Shown here piece by piece: positions 38,748 through 48,660 of a DNA stretch of 64,000 nucleotides. Every line of letters begins with the position of its first letter. Within the stretch, counting starts at the first letter, position 1. The translations under genes and the position numbers were made by a program. The stretch is from an uncultured Nitrospirota bacterium (lineage in GTDB: Bacteria > Nitrospirota > Nitrospiria > 2-01-FULL-66-17), in assembly GCA_964570625.1 (NCBI GenBank), contig CAZMYW010000019.1, positions 11,842 to 75,841 on the forward strand, given 5' to 3'. The notes beneath the pieces are model-generated. The model did no database searches. It saw only the letters and a list, made by a program, of their open reading frames with translations, and had not been told where the DNA came from.

Positions 38748-38992
38748 GTTTTCGGCACGATGCTTACGAGCCCGCTCTCAGGACGCCGTCAGTTTCTGAG
38801 GCAGCCCGCTCCAAAGCTCCGCGAAGCCGCCCCACAAGAGCTGCACTCCGATACAGATCAGGATGAAGGCAAACAGACGCGACAGAACATCGGAGCCGGT
38901 TTGCCCCGGGCATTCGATCACTCAACCCCGCGTGAACGACTGGACCACCCCGGCGACTGGAAACCAGGGTGATCCAGTCGAGAGACCTTTCA

Positions 38993-40204
38993 CTAGAAAT
39001 TGTATTTCGCCGAGAATTGCAGGCGCGTATCGCTTGCGTCCGCGCCGTTCTTGTTCTCGCGCTGACCCCAGATCAGCTCGCCGCCGACCATGACGTTTTG
39101 AGCCGGGTAGTGCAACAGGTTGGCGGAGGCGTAGCTGCCCTTGGCCATGGCGGTCGCGGTCTGTCCGTCGGTGGTGTCCTGATCCACCGCGCTGTATCCG
39201 ATCGAACTGCTCCATTGATCGCTCCAGTAATGATCGTAATAAAGGAGCCAGCCCAGCAGCGGCACGGCTTCGCCGTCGTTGAGCGCGGCGTTGGGCGCCA
39301 CGTCCACACAGCAATCGTTGATGTAGCTGGCGATGCCCTCGCCATAGGCCACTTGGAACAGCACTTTGCTCTTGCCCATGGTATTGAAACTGCCCGCGAG
39401 ATTGCCGCCCCACCCGATCACGTTGTCCGAGGGTTCAGAGTCGACGGCTGTGGGTGTTTCCCAGCCGATCCAGCGCAGGATGCCAGAGGCCTGAATGTGT
39501 CCCCAACTCTGGTCCATGCGGTACTGAGCGGTCACGTCAGGGTACTTGGTATAGCCCTGGATGTTTGCGGCAATGGGGGGGGCCACGTTGGCGATATTCC
39601 CGGAGTCCACCGCCGACCCCGGCGCCTCCAGCGCCACGGCGAATTTCGAGCCGTCCCGATTGACCGGCGTCCAGCGCGCCTGGATGTTGCGGTAGAAGAT
39701 CATGCCCACCGGCCCCCAGTATTCGATGGTGTTCGGGAACACGTCAATGTCCATGAACAGGCTGTTGGTCTGGCCGGCAAGGAACGATCCGACCTCCCCG
39801 TACGCGTGCCGCAACCGCATCGTGGTCTGGCCGGCATCGGGGCCGACGCCGAACATATCGATCTCGACCTTGGTGTTGAGCTCGCCCATGGACGTGGGGA
39901 CCGCGGCTTTGACGCCGAGCCGCGTCTGGCGGACGCTGAAAATCATCTCGCCGTCCTTCCCGCATCCCACGTCTCCCGGGCAGTTCACGGGGATCTTGGA
40001 CGGACGCAACGCGGCGTTCCAACTCGGGTCCATGGTGTTGAAATCGTAGATCGCATCCATTTGGGCGAACCCGTAGACTTGCACACGTGACTCTTCCGCC
40101 GCCTCCGCCGACGTGGGTGCAGCGGCCAGCGCCACCGCGAAGATTGCCGCCATCACCGCGACCAGCGCAGTTGCTCTCCCTTTGAACCCCGTGTTCATCA
40201 ACAT
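38993..40204 (-). CDS. porin-like outer-membrane protein
   Basis: It has a signal peptide MLMNTGFKGRATALVAVMAAIFAVALAAAPTSAEA, is about 400 aa, beta-rich, with a C-terminal ..FSAKYNF. Confidence 0.55.
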   Translation of the reverse strand: MLMNTGFKGRATALVAVMAAIFAVALAAAPTSAEAAEESRVQVYGFAQMDAIYDFNTMDPSWNAALRPSKIPVNCPGDVGCGKDGEMIFSVRQTRLGVKAAVPTSMGELNTKVEIDMFGVGPDAGQTTMRLRHAYGEVGSFLAGQTNSLFMDIDVFPNTIEYWGPVGMIFYRNIQARWTPVNRDGSKFAVALEAPGSAVDSGNIANVAPPIAANIQGYTKYPDVTAQYRMDQSWGHIQASGILRWIGWETPTAVDSEPSDNVIGWGGNLAGSFNTMGKSKVLFQVAYGEGIASYINDCCVDVAPNAALNDGEAVPLLGWLLYYDHYWSDQWSSSIGYSAVDQDTTDGQTATAMAKGSYASANLLHYPAQNVMVGGELIWGQRENKNGADASDTRLQFSAKYNF

Positions 40205-40331
40205 GATCGTCTCCCTATTCTCCTGACGGTTGATGGTGGTCGCACCACGAATCACCCTACTCCAGACGAATAAAATCTTTCTACCATAAAGAAATATAGA
40301 AACGCGTTGTCTACTGGTAAAAATACGAGGA

Positions 40332-40970
40332 CTATCCCACCTGAAACCGCAACAACACCATGAAGCTCCCCCACATGGTGAGCAGAATGCTGGCCAACGC
40401 ATAGGGCACCGTGTACCCCAGGACCGGGGTCTGGCTCTCCGCGATTTTCTGAACCGCTGCGAGAGCCGGGGGGTGGGTTTGGGCGCCGGCCATGGCGCCG
40501 ATCAGCAGCATCGGAGGCATCCGGAGGACGTAACGCCCGAACACGAAGGCGACGACCAGCGGAACCATCGTCACCACCACCCCGCCGAGCAGCAGCCACG
40601 GCCCGGCCGACAGGCCGATATCCAACCCGAGCAGTCGGGCCATGGCATACGCCACGCCGAGACCCGCGCCGCAGTGCACGATCGTGAACGCCAGCGCGCG
40701 CAAGCCGTCGCCCTTCAGGGAACGGAAGAACTGCGGGCCCACCGAATACCCGGTGCCGAACAGGAACAGCATGAACAGGACGGTCTTGACCAGGCCCGGC
40801 ACTTCGATGTCGAGTCGACCGATCAGCAACGCCGCGAGGAGGGATCCGGTCACAGCACCCAGGCTGAAGCTGCCGAACTTCCGGGAGCCGAGCCAGAACC
40901 CGAGGCCGATGGCCAGGAACAGCGCGAGTTCCGGATTGCCACGTAGCGACGAGACGAACCACTCGATCAT
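40332..40970 (-). CDS. membrane transporter-domain protein (YidE/YbjL/AspT 'Asp-Al_Ex' half-domain)
   Basis: It has about 6 TM helices and Gly-rich helices typical of the AAE duplication domain. Confidence 0.45.
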   Translation of the reverse strand: MIEWFVSSLRGNPELALFLAIGLGFWLGSRKFGSFSLGAVTGSLLAALLIGRLDIEVPGLVKTVLFMLFLFGTGYSVGPQFFRSLKGDGLRALAFTIVHCGAGLGVAYAMARLLGLDIGLSAGPWLLLGGVVVTMVPLVVAFVFGRYVLRMPPMLLIGAMAGAQTHPPALAAVQKIAESQTPVLGYTVPYALASILLTMWGSFMVLLRFQVG

Positions 40971-41023
40971 CTGTTTAGCCCTCAGCGTTCAATTAGTCAC
41001 GACGCCTGATGTCACGCTCTGGA

Positions 41024-41647
41024 TCAGAACCGCATCACCAAACCGGCGGCCAGCTCTCCCTGAATAAAACCACTGCTCTGCACGCTGATCGCGCAGCCGC
41101 CCGAGCAGAAAACCGCACCACTGGAGCTGAGCGCCGTGAAGATCCCACGCGCATCGAGTCGAAGGCCCAAGTGGTCCGTGATGAAGAATTTGGCGCCACC
41201 GCCGATGGCCAGCGAGAAACGAGTCTCGGTGCTCAGGCCGTCGCCTTGCGGGTTCATCCGGGTGATACCCAAGGTTCCAGACACAAACGGTCGGACGCGC
41301 TCGTTCTGGATGTCGATGAGATACAGGCCGCCCACGTGGTAGTACTCGACGGTGAGGTCGAAGAGCGGGTTGCCGGTGAATGTCCCATCCGCTGACAGTG
41401 TGGTGCTCTGGCGGCTCAGGTAGATCTCGATTTGTTTGTCGGGTTCGAGGTCCACGTCGACCACCAGTCCATAGCTGCCGGACTCGTCGAGCGAGATCTG
41501 ATTCCCGGTATTCGTGTCTTCAAACGAGCCGCCAAAGCGAAGCCCGGCAAACGGCGTGACTTCGACACCGGCGACCGCCGGTGTCGCGGCGGAAAACACG
41601 CCCAGAACGCTCCCGAACAGGAAGATCCATCCGCATCGCCACGACAT
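41024..41647 (-). CDS. outer-membrane beta-barrel protein (OmpA-like barrel)
   Basis: It has a signal peptide and a C-terminal ..GLVMRF. Confidence 0.5.
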   Translation of the reverse strand: MSWRCGWIFLFGSVLGVFSAATPAVAGVEVTPFAGLRFGGSFEDTNTGNQISLDESGSYGLVVDVDLEPDKQIEIYLSRQSTTLSADGTFTGNPLFDLTVEYYHVGGLYLIDIQNERVRPFVSGTLGITRMNPQGDGLSTETRFSLAIGGGAKFFITDHLGLRLDARGIFTALSSSGAVFCSGGCAISVQSSGFIQGELAAGLVMRF

Positions 41648-41756
41648 TCGACGCTCCGAGTGTGTGATGCCGGTTACGGCGTTCATTGCGCCAAGTAAGA
41701 GCGCGATCCAGAACCGCCAGCCCTGTCGAAGTCGGCTCACCTCACTACCTGGCCAT

Positions 41757-43181
41757 TCACCGAGCTTCCAGAAACGCCCGGATCTTCGGTTCATTCTGGG
41801 CAACCACCTTCGCGGCCGCGGTCACGATCAGGTCTCGATCACAGGTTGATTTCAACCAGAGCCGCGTGACAATCCCGGACAGGTGCTCGCCGACCTCCTT
41901 TGGTGATTTCCATTTGACATCCTCGTCGCGGCAGGACTCCGGTAGATCGCTCAAATCTTCCTTCCACACCGCATCGGTGTGCCGGAGGTGGACAAACGTC
42001 AGGGTGCGTTCATCCGGCAAGAGCCCCTCGCGCTGTCCGACGCGGAAGAAAAAGGTTCGATACGCATTGGACCGCTCTTCCATGATGCTCGGAATCCGCG
42101 AGTAGTCGTAGGTGAAGAGGCTGAACCCTTCGGAGCGGAAACTCAGAGACTTGCCGCCGACGTCGAACGGAAACGAGCTGTCCAGCGAGATGATGAGGAC
42201 ACGCCGCGCCTTCCCTGCTTGCAGGTTCTTCAGGGCCACCATCAACAAGGATTCGGCGCCCGAGTTGTCTGACAGCCCGCCGTCGCCGGCGTGCCAGTAC
42301 GGGTCTTCGTCACCCACGCGAAACGTGATCGGACCGATCACGGGCGGGAAGGACATGGACGCCGCCACGGCGCTGGCGACTTTCATCGAACAGACATCGA
42401 GATGAAGGTCTCTGGGGGTCCGGGACTGCAGGGTTTCCCATCGGGCGTGGAGCAGGCGTTGAACCTCCTCGTTCAGTTCCACTTTTCCGGGAGAGCGCTC
42501 CAACTCGCCGACAAAGTCATATCGGAGTTCATCGGGATCAAGTGTGGTCACCACGAAGCGGCGTGCGTCGTTATAGAGCGTGGTGTTGACGAGCAGATAG
42601 GGACTGTCGCCTTGCGCTTCCCGGCGCGCCAGCGCAGAGAAATTCGCGTCGCTGAGATACTCTTCATTGAGGACTTCGGCGAGGGAACGCGCGGTCCAGG
42701 AGGGATTGAACCAGCGAAGGCGAAAAATTTGCCGCCATAACAGCGGGCCTTCGTAGTCCTTCGCCATCGCATCTTTGAAGCCCGCGAAAAACCGCTGGTA
42801 CTCCTCGCTGATCTCACCGTCCTCGGTGAGGACCCGGGTCGCGTGCGAGGGCTTCTTGAGGACGTAGTACGCGGAAGCCATGCTCCCACCGGACACACTG
42901 GAGATATAGGAGACCTGCTCGAGCACGGACCGGTGGTCCGGCCCGGCCTGAAGCCGGCCCAGCGCCTCCAGCCCGCCCGCCGCGAACAGCGCCGCCCTGC
43001 TGCCTCCGCCGGACACGGACAGGCCGACAAGCACGTCCTGGTCGGGCGCGTGCGTCGGCCTCACACAGCCCGGTTGTTGCGTAGTGGGTGCCACGCGATA
43101 GACCGGAGACGTCACGCATCCTGACGTCAGGATCGCCACGAAGACGATCAGTGCCCGGAGCGGCCAAGATATCCTAGACAT
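41757..43181 (-). CDS. patatin-like phospholipase, lipoprotein
   Basis: It has an oxyanion GGGSRAA motif (GLSVSGGGSRAALFAAG), a GxSxG motif (SGGSMAS) and a lipobox LTSGC. Confidence 0.7.
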   Translation of the reverse strand: MSRISWPLRALIVFVAILTSGCVTSPVYRVAPTTQQPGCVRPTHAPDQDVLVGLSVSGGGSRAALFAAGGLEALGRLQAGPDHRSVLEQVSYISSVSGGSMASAYYVLKKPSHATRVLTEDGEISEEYQRFFAGFKDAMAKDYEGPLLWRQIFRLRWFNPSWTARSLAEVLNEEYLSDANFSALARREAQGDSPYLLVNTTLYNDARRFVVTTLDPDELRYDFVGELERSPGKVELNEEVQRLLHARWETLQSRTPRDLHLDVCSMKVASAVAASMSFPPVIGPITFRVGDEDPYWHAGDGGLSDNSGAESLLMVALKNLQAGKARRVLIISLDSSFPFDVGGKSLSFRSEGFSLFTYDYSRIPSIMEERSNAYRTFFFRVGQREGLLPDERTLTFVHLRHTDAVWKEDLSDLPESCRDEDVKWKSPKEVGEHLSGIVTRLWLKSTCDRDLIVTAAAKVVAQNEPKIRAFLEAR

Positions 43182-43612
43182 CAATTTGCTCTCCCTGTTG
43201 ATCCTGGTGATAGTTGGACGCCATAACACCAACGCGTTCACGCTCATAGCTCTCCGAACCCGAGGTTGCGTGCTGTTTCTCAAAACGGGCTCTCGATCGG
43301 CATTTCAGGCGCCGGGACGTGGTGCCGGACCGCTCCTTGAATTCGACGCGGAAGGCATTCCCCCGTGCGGTCTGATCGAAATCCTCCGCGAACAGGTCCC
43401 CGGCCTCCGGGCTCGCGAAGAGAACTCCGATTGGGGATCGCATTATGCCGACTTTCGATATGTCTTTCAATCACGGTCGACGCCACGCCCGTGATCACGC
43501 ATCAAGCGACCAGCGTCAGGCCGAGGATTGACACCAGGTCAGCACTGGTGGAGAATGGCCGCAAATCAACGTCCGCCCGACCACAGTACGGCGACGTAAC
43601 CCGGAGGAGATT

Positions 43613-44218
43613 GTGAACAAAACCGCTCTCGCAACCATCGCTCCACTGATTGTTCTATCAGTCCTCATGGGATGCGCCGCTACGAAGGTGACGTCGACAT
43701 GGAAGGATGAGGCGTACAAGAAGAAACCGCAGAAGGTGCTGACCGTCGCCATCCTGAAGAGCAATACCAACCGACTCGTGTTGGAAGACGAGTTCACCGT
43801 CCAACTCAAGCAGAAGGGCCTTGACGCCACGGCCGGTCATACCGTGCTCTCGGAAAAGGAACCCGCCACCAAAGAGACGCTGGCGGCAACCCTCCGCGAG
43901 ACAGGGTTCGACGCGCTCCTGGTCGTTCGGCTCGTGGACCAGCGAAGCCAACAGACCTATGTTCCCGGCGCCGTGTACCCGGCTGGAGCGACGTGGCCCG
44001 GCGCCTACGGAGCCGGGTACAACACGATGTACGCGCCCGGCTATGTCGTGGAGGACAAGTTCGCAATTGCCGAGGCGAACCTTTACGACGTCGAAACCGA
44101 GAAGCTCATCTGGACCGCGGCGACCGAAACCTGGATCAACGCGGCGGAGCGCAAGCTCCTTCAGGAGTACGTCGGCCTGATGATGCATGAAATGCAAGAA
44201 GCCGGTATCGTCCGGTAA
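43613..44218 (+). CDS. hypothetical lipoprotein
   Basis: It has a lipobox LMGCAA and is about 200 aa. Confidence 0.45.
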   Translation: MNKTALATIAPLIVLSVLMGCAATKVTSTWKDEAYKKKPQKVLTVAILKSNTNRLVLEDEFTVQLKQKGLDATAGHTVLSEKEPATKETLAATLRETGFDALLVVRLVDQRSQQTYVPGAVYPAGATWPGAYGAGYNTMYAPGYVVEDKFAIAEANLYDVETEKLIWTAATETWINAAERKLLQEYVGLMMHEMQEAGIVR

Positions 44219-44253
44219 CAGCCCACATCGCGCGCAATGTAGACCCTGACTCA

Positions 44254-44826
44254 GTGACAACGGAGGATCGCGTGAAGAAGAAGCCGGTGCTCGATACGAG
44301 AACGATCGTCATCCCCGCCGGCCTGCTGTGCGCCGCGCTCGTAATGGCCTTTGTGGTGGAGCCCTTCGCCCGGGCGGACGCGGCCGAGGTGGGCGCGAGT
44401 TTCAGCCAAGGACGCTCGCGTTTCTCGGTTGTGGGTGGCAACGGGTACGCGTTTAACGAAAGCTACTTCGTGCTGGGCGTGGGCGCGGGCTACTTCGTGG
44501 CCGACGGGCTCAGCGCGGGCTTGGACGTCGAGTGGTGGACCGGCGGCGACCCCGGAATCGTGAAGGTGTCACCCTCGCTGCTGTACGTGTTCTATCAGGT
44601 GCCGCGGGTGGCTCCGTACGTCGGCGCGTTCTATCGCCGCAGTTACCTGCAGGACCTCGAGGACCTCAACTCCGCCGGCGGCCGAGCCGGCGTGTACATT
44701 TCCGCCGGACGGAACACCCACGTTGGATTGGGGATGGTGTACGAGTCCTACTTTGATTGCGACGAGTCGACATATGTCTCCTGCTCGGACACCTATCCCG
44801 AGGTGAGCTTCACCGTCGCGTTCTAA
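44254..44826 (+). CDS. hypothetical exported beta-rich protein
   Basis: It has a hydrophobic N-terminus and a C-terminal ..FTVAF. Confidence 0.4.
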   Translation: MTTEDRVKKKPVLDTRTIVIPAGLLCAALVMAFVVEPFARADAAEVGASFSQGRSRFSVVGGNGYAFNESYFVLGVGAGYFVADGLSAGLDVEWWTGGDPGIVKVSPSLLYVFYQVPRVAPYVGAFYRRSYLQDLEDLNSAGGRAGVYISAGRNTHVGLGMVYESYFDCDESTYVSCSDTYPEVSFTVAF

Positions 44827-44863
44827 CCCCGCGGTCCGCAGGTCGGCTCGTCATCGGGTGGCC

Positions 44864-47053
44864 CTACCGCCGTCGCCCTCCTCCCCCTCCACCTCCACGC
44901 GGCGCCGAATGCATTCGCTCTTGCGAGGCGCCTGATTGCCGCGCTTGATACGAGCGATTCAGGTCCGCCCGGTCCGCCGACGGTTGCGACGCCGAGGGCG
45001 GAGCGCTCGCGGGGCGATTGTCGCGCGCCGGCGCTTGGGATTCGCGAGCCTGAGGCGTCGCCCGGTCGCCCACGGCCGACTCGGGTTTCCAGGCGCCCTG
45101 GTCGCGCGTTTCCCATTGATCGCCCGTGCGCCGCGCCACGTTCCCGTTGCGGTCCGCGTATACGTTATTGTCTCGTCCGGGCGCGGCGCCAGCCTGCGTG
45201 AGGTCGCGGGATCCGGCCGCGCGGTCGGCCGTGCGCGCGCGGTTCTCCGGCCGGTTATACAGATTGGTCTGGCTGGGACGGCTGCGGTCGCCCCCGGCCG
45301 AGGCATCCATCCTGTTGCCAACGTTCGCCCGATTGCCGGCATTGACCGTGTTGCCGATATTGATGTCGCCGGTGTGAACCACCATCGGCGGACGATACCC
45401 GCCACCGTACCATCCGCCGCAACAGCCGTGGGGGGGATGGGGCCCGTAGCCCCCGCCCCAACTCACGCCGACGCTCAAGAAGCCGTTGCTCCAGCTCACG
45501 CCGTAGTTCCAGCCGGTCCACGGGTTATACCCGACGTGGAAACCCCACGTGGGCGGCCGCGGGTAGTAATAATAGGAGGGGCCCCAGTACGGCGGGTAGT
45601 ACCAGCCGGTGCCATACACCGGCACGCCGTAGTACGGATACGACCAAAGATAACCAGTGGTATAACCCACGTACACGACCTCGGGCGTGGAGTCGTAGAT
45701 AGTAACGTAGGTGGTGTTGTAGACCGGGGAGCTCGGCGGAATCTTGTCGATCTCCTCCTTCGGAATCTTGTCCGCGATGGTCCACGGGCCGGTGGCCGAC
45801 GCGGCCGTGAACCACACCCCGTTGTCCACCGCGTAGTAGCGCGTGTTGATCTCGAGCACCTGCGCGCCGGTGTTGACGGCGTAAGCCACGTTCGTACCCG
45901 CGATCTTCTCGAACTTGGGCGCGCCGTCGTACTGGACCTCCAGTTTGGCTTCGCTGCGTTTGATCGCGGCGGTCTGCGGAATCGCGGCGGCCAGCACGGC
46001 TTCCTCGGCTTCCGGCGTTCCCGCGACCGAGGTGCGTACACCCCCGATCGCCGAGTCCGGGGGGATGTCCTGGAAGCTGGCCGGAAGTTGATCAGGCCGC
46101 ACGAACGACCAGGGGCCCTTCTGCGCCTTGGCCCGATACCAGCGGCCTGAGAGCAGCACGTACAGTTGCTGGTCCGAGATCGCGCGCAGCCACGGCGTTT
46201 CGGTGTTCTCGACGTAAAGGAGCTTATCGCCCGACAGCGGTTTCCAATTCGGCTTGCCGTCGGTCGCGATCAGCTCGGTCGGCTTGGTCGCGACGATGAT
46301 TTTCGGCGGCACGTTGGGTACCGGGATGTCCTGATCGGGCGGCGGCAGCATCTTGACCAGATCGTCGGGCGGCGGCGCTGGGGTAAATGGTCCCAGCGGA
46401 TCGTCGGCGCTGTACCAGAGGGTTCCGCTGCTCAGGTAGACGCGCTTCGTGTTCTTGTCGCGGGCCACCGCGAACGGCGTATTTAGCGCCCGCTCGTACG
46501 AGCTGTTCTCGACGGCTTTGAAACGCGGCGCGCCGTCGTAGAGCAACAGCACCGCGAGTTCTTCTTTGAAGACAATGGCGGGCGGATCGTTTTTCAATGC
46601 GGCGAGACTTCGCTGTTCACGCTCCGCGGTCGCCAGACTTGCGGAAAGCCGCTCGAGCGACACCTCGAATCCCGCCTTGGGCACGGCGTTGTTCACGACG
46701 TCGGTGAACCGCGCTTCACCCTCGTCCGACGAGTCCGGCCATCGCACCTTCGTCACCTGCAGATCGCGAACCATCACCGTCCCCTCGTCCTGATCCGTAT
46801 CGATCTTCGCAGAGAACCAGAACGCCCCGAAGACCGGCTCCGGCGTGTTCGTGAGTTCGAGCGCCATCGCGGCCCGTCCGGTCAACACGTTGCCGCTGAG
46901 CTTTTCCGGCTGGAGTTGGTAGACGAGGATTTTCCCCTCGGGAATATCGATCTGCTGCGGCCAGTCGATGGCGAGGGCTCGAAACGGAACCAAAAACAGG
47001 ATGAGCACCGCGGCACAGCTCAGGGCGACCAGCGCGCTACGACCTTGCCTCAT
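44864..47053 (-). CDS. large secreted repeat protein with Tyr/Trp/Gly/Pro-rich low-complexity region and Arg/Ala/Ser/Asp-rich acid-base tail
   Basis: It has a signal peptide. There are three repeats of the motif G.W[YF]...(GP[FW]): SGTLWYSADDPLGPF, SGRWYRAKAQKGPW and NGVWFTAASATGPW. It also has YPYYGVPVYGTGWYYPPYWGPSYYYYP.. and terminal GGGGGGGRRR. Confidence 0.55.
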   Translation of the reverse strand: MRQGRSALVALSCAAVLILFLVPFRALAIDWPQQIDIPEGKILVYQLQPEKLSGNVLTGRAAMALELTNTPEPVFGAFWFSAKIDTDQDEGTVMVRDLQVTKVRWPDSSDEGEARFTDVVNNAVPKAGFEVSLERLSASLATAEREQRSLAALKNDPPAIVFKEELAVLLLYDGAPRFKAVENSSYERALNTPFAVARDKNTKRVYLSSGTLWYSADDPLGPFTPAPPPDDLVKMLPPPDQDIPVPNVPPKIIVATKPTELIATDGKPNWKPLSGDKLLYVENTETPWLRAISDQQLYVLLSGRWYRAKAQKGPWSFVRPDQLPASFQDIPPDSAIGGVRTSVAGTPEAEEAVLAAAIPQTAAIKRSEAKLEVQYDGAPKFEKIAGTNVAYAVNTGAQVLEINTRYYAVDNGVWFTAASATGPWTIADKIPKEEIDKIPPSSPVYNTTYVTIYDSTPEVVYVGYTTGYLWSYPYYGVPVYGTGWYYPPYWGPSYYYYPRPPTWGFHVGYNPWTGWNYGVSWSNGFLSVGVSWGGGYGPHPPHGCCGGWYGGGYRPPMVVHTGDINIGNTVNAGNRANVGNRMDASAGGDRSRPSQTNLYNRPENRARTADRAAGSRDLTQAGAAPGRDNNVYADRNGNVARRTGDQWETRDQGAWKPESAVGDRATPQARESQAPARDNRPASAPPSASQPSADRADLNRSYQARQSGASQERMHSAPRGGGGGGGRRR

Positions 47054-47136
47054 CCCTCACTCCTCCGACGGAAAGACCTTCTTCCAGTCCCTCTTGATGT
47101 CCACGACCGTCCGGCACCATGACCTGCCGCGGTGCG

Positions 47137-47835
47137 TCACGACCGATCAGAGCCCAGCCATTTGTAAAACCAGCCCGCGCCCAGGGCTCCGAGCATCGGC
47201 GCGACCCAGAACAGCCAGAGCTGGCTGATCGCCCATCCGCCGACGAACACGGCCGGGCCGGTGCTGCGCGCGGGATTCACGGATGTCTGAGTGACTGGAA
47301 TGCTGATCAAATGGATCAGGGTCAGCCCCAAGCCAATCGCAATGGGCGCAAACCCTTTAGGCGACTTGGGGTCGGTCGCACCGAGAATGATGACGAGGAA
47401 CATGAAGGTGAACACCACTTCCGCCATAAAACCGGCTTGCAGGCTGTACCCGCCCAGAGAATGCTCCGCATATCCGTTCGCGGCAAAGCCTCGGCTGGGG
47501 TCAAAACCCGATGCGCCGCTGGCAATGAGATATAAGACGCCCGCGCCCAACACGCCTCCCACGACTTGCGCCGCGATGTAGGGAGGCAACTCAGCCGCCG
47601 GGAAGCGGCCCCCCGCCCAGAGTCCGACTGACACCGCGGGATTCAGATGACAGCCCGAGATGTGGCCGATGGCGTATGCCATGGTCAGCACGGTCAACCC
47701 GAACGCCAACGACACCCCCAGCAGCCCGATCCCGATGTCCGGGAATGCCCCGGCCAGCACCGCGCTCCCGCATCCGCCCAACACGAGCCAGAACGTGCCC
47801 ACCGACTCTGCGACCGACCGTTTCACTAACGACAT
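47137..47835 (-). CDS. aqpZ: aquaporin Z
   Basis: It has two NPA motifs ([18 protein letters not shown]) and 6 TM helices. The start is at MSLVKR. Confidence 0.85.
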   Translation of the reverse strand: MSLVKRSVAESVGTFWLVLGGCGSAVLAGAFPDIGIGLLGVSLAFGLTVLTMAYAIGHISGCHLNPAVSVGLWAGGRFPAAELPPYIAAQVVGGVLGAGVLYLIASGASGFDPSRGFAANGYAEHSLGGYSLQAGFMAEVVFTFMFLVIILGATDPKSPKGFAPIAIGLGLTLIHLISIPVTQTSVNPARSTGPAVFVGGWAISQLWLFWVAPMLGALGAGWFYKWLGSDRS

Positions 47836-47923
47836 TGGCTCCCTCCCTCGCGATGAAAAGCTCCACACCACCCCATGTCATACAACGACCAACCCCGCGT
47901 CTATCTCCATTGGTAACTGGTGC

Positions 47924-48226
47924 TCAGCCGGTTTTTCTGAACACGATGCGATACACGAGCAGAATCAGCATGGCGCCGACCACCGCGGCCACGAATCCGG
48001 AAAACTCCCCGGCGCTGGAAAGCTTGAAATAGTGCCCGAGATAGGTCGCCAGGCTCGATCCGGCGATGCCGAGCAGCGGTGTCACGATCAGCCCGCTGGG
48101 ATCATCACCCGGCATGATGAGGGTGGCCGCGATACCGGCCACCGCTCCGATGACAATGGTGCCCACGATGCCCATGGCGCCGAGCGACTCCAGAATCGAC
48201 TGGACCTGTTCCATATGCGTCTCCAT
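47924..48226 (-). CDS. GlsB/YeaQ/YmgE-family (transglycosylase-associated) small membrane protein
   Basis: 100 aa with Gly-zipper TM helices (IVGTIVIGAVAGIAATLIMPG). Confidence 0.6.
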   Translation of the reverse strand: METHMEQVQSILESLGAMGIVGTIVIGAVAGIAATLIMPGDDPSGLIVTPLLGIAGSSLATYLGHYFKLSSAGEFSGFVAAVVGAMLILLVYRIVFRKTG

Positions 48227-48310
48227 AAGGAAATACCGCCGTTGCTTGGCTCCTAACGCTCGCCCACATCCGCGAGAAACTACTCCTTCGGTGCGATGTT
48301 CTGCAAGTGT

Positions 48311-48604
48311 TTACTTCGGGAAAATCGTGTTCCAGTCCTTCTTCATGTCCACCACCGTCCAGCCCTTGGCCTTCGCCTCGTCCAGCGCCTTGTCGAGTTG
48401 ACCGATGTGTGACTTGCGGTCGTAGGCCCATTCGCGCTCGGCATCGGTGTGGTGAACGACCAGGGCGAAACGTGGGCCGCTCCCGGAGGTCGCCCATTGG
48501 AGCATCTGCAAATCGCCGTCGGAGTTGCCGAAGGCCGCGATCGGACGGCGGCCGATGTGCATGAATTCGGCCTTCCCGAAGTTCTTATGCCCTGGCAGCA
48601 TCAT
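48311..48604 (-). pseudogene. 5'-truncated HAD-hydrolase gene fragment (C-terminal 97 codons), paralog of 49974..50984
   Basis: The protein ..IGRRPIAAFGNSDGDLQMLQW..DAEREWAYDRKSHIGQLDKALDEAKAKGWTVVDMKKDW aligns with the C-terminus of the full-length HAD protein. Nucleotide identity to the full gene is about 80%. Confidence 0.6.
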
Positions 48605-48660
48605 ATCCAGTTACCAGAACCAGGAAAAACATGAGTTAGACTCCCGATTTTCATGGTAAT

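Noticed and set aside
44936-46150. 404-aa plus-strand ORF
   Set aside because: It is a shadow ORF opposite the large secreted repeat protein.
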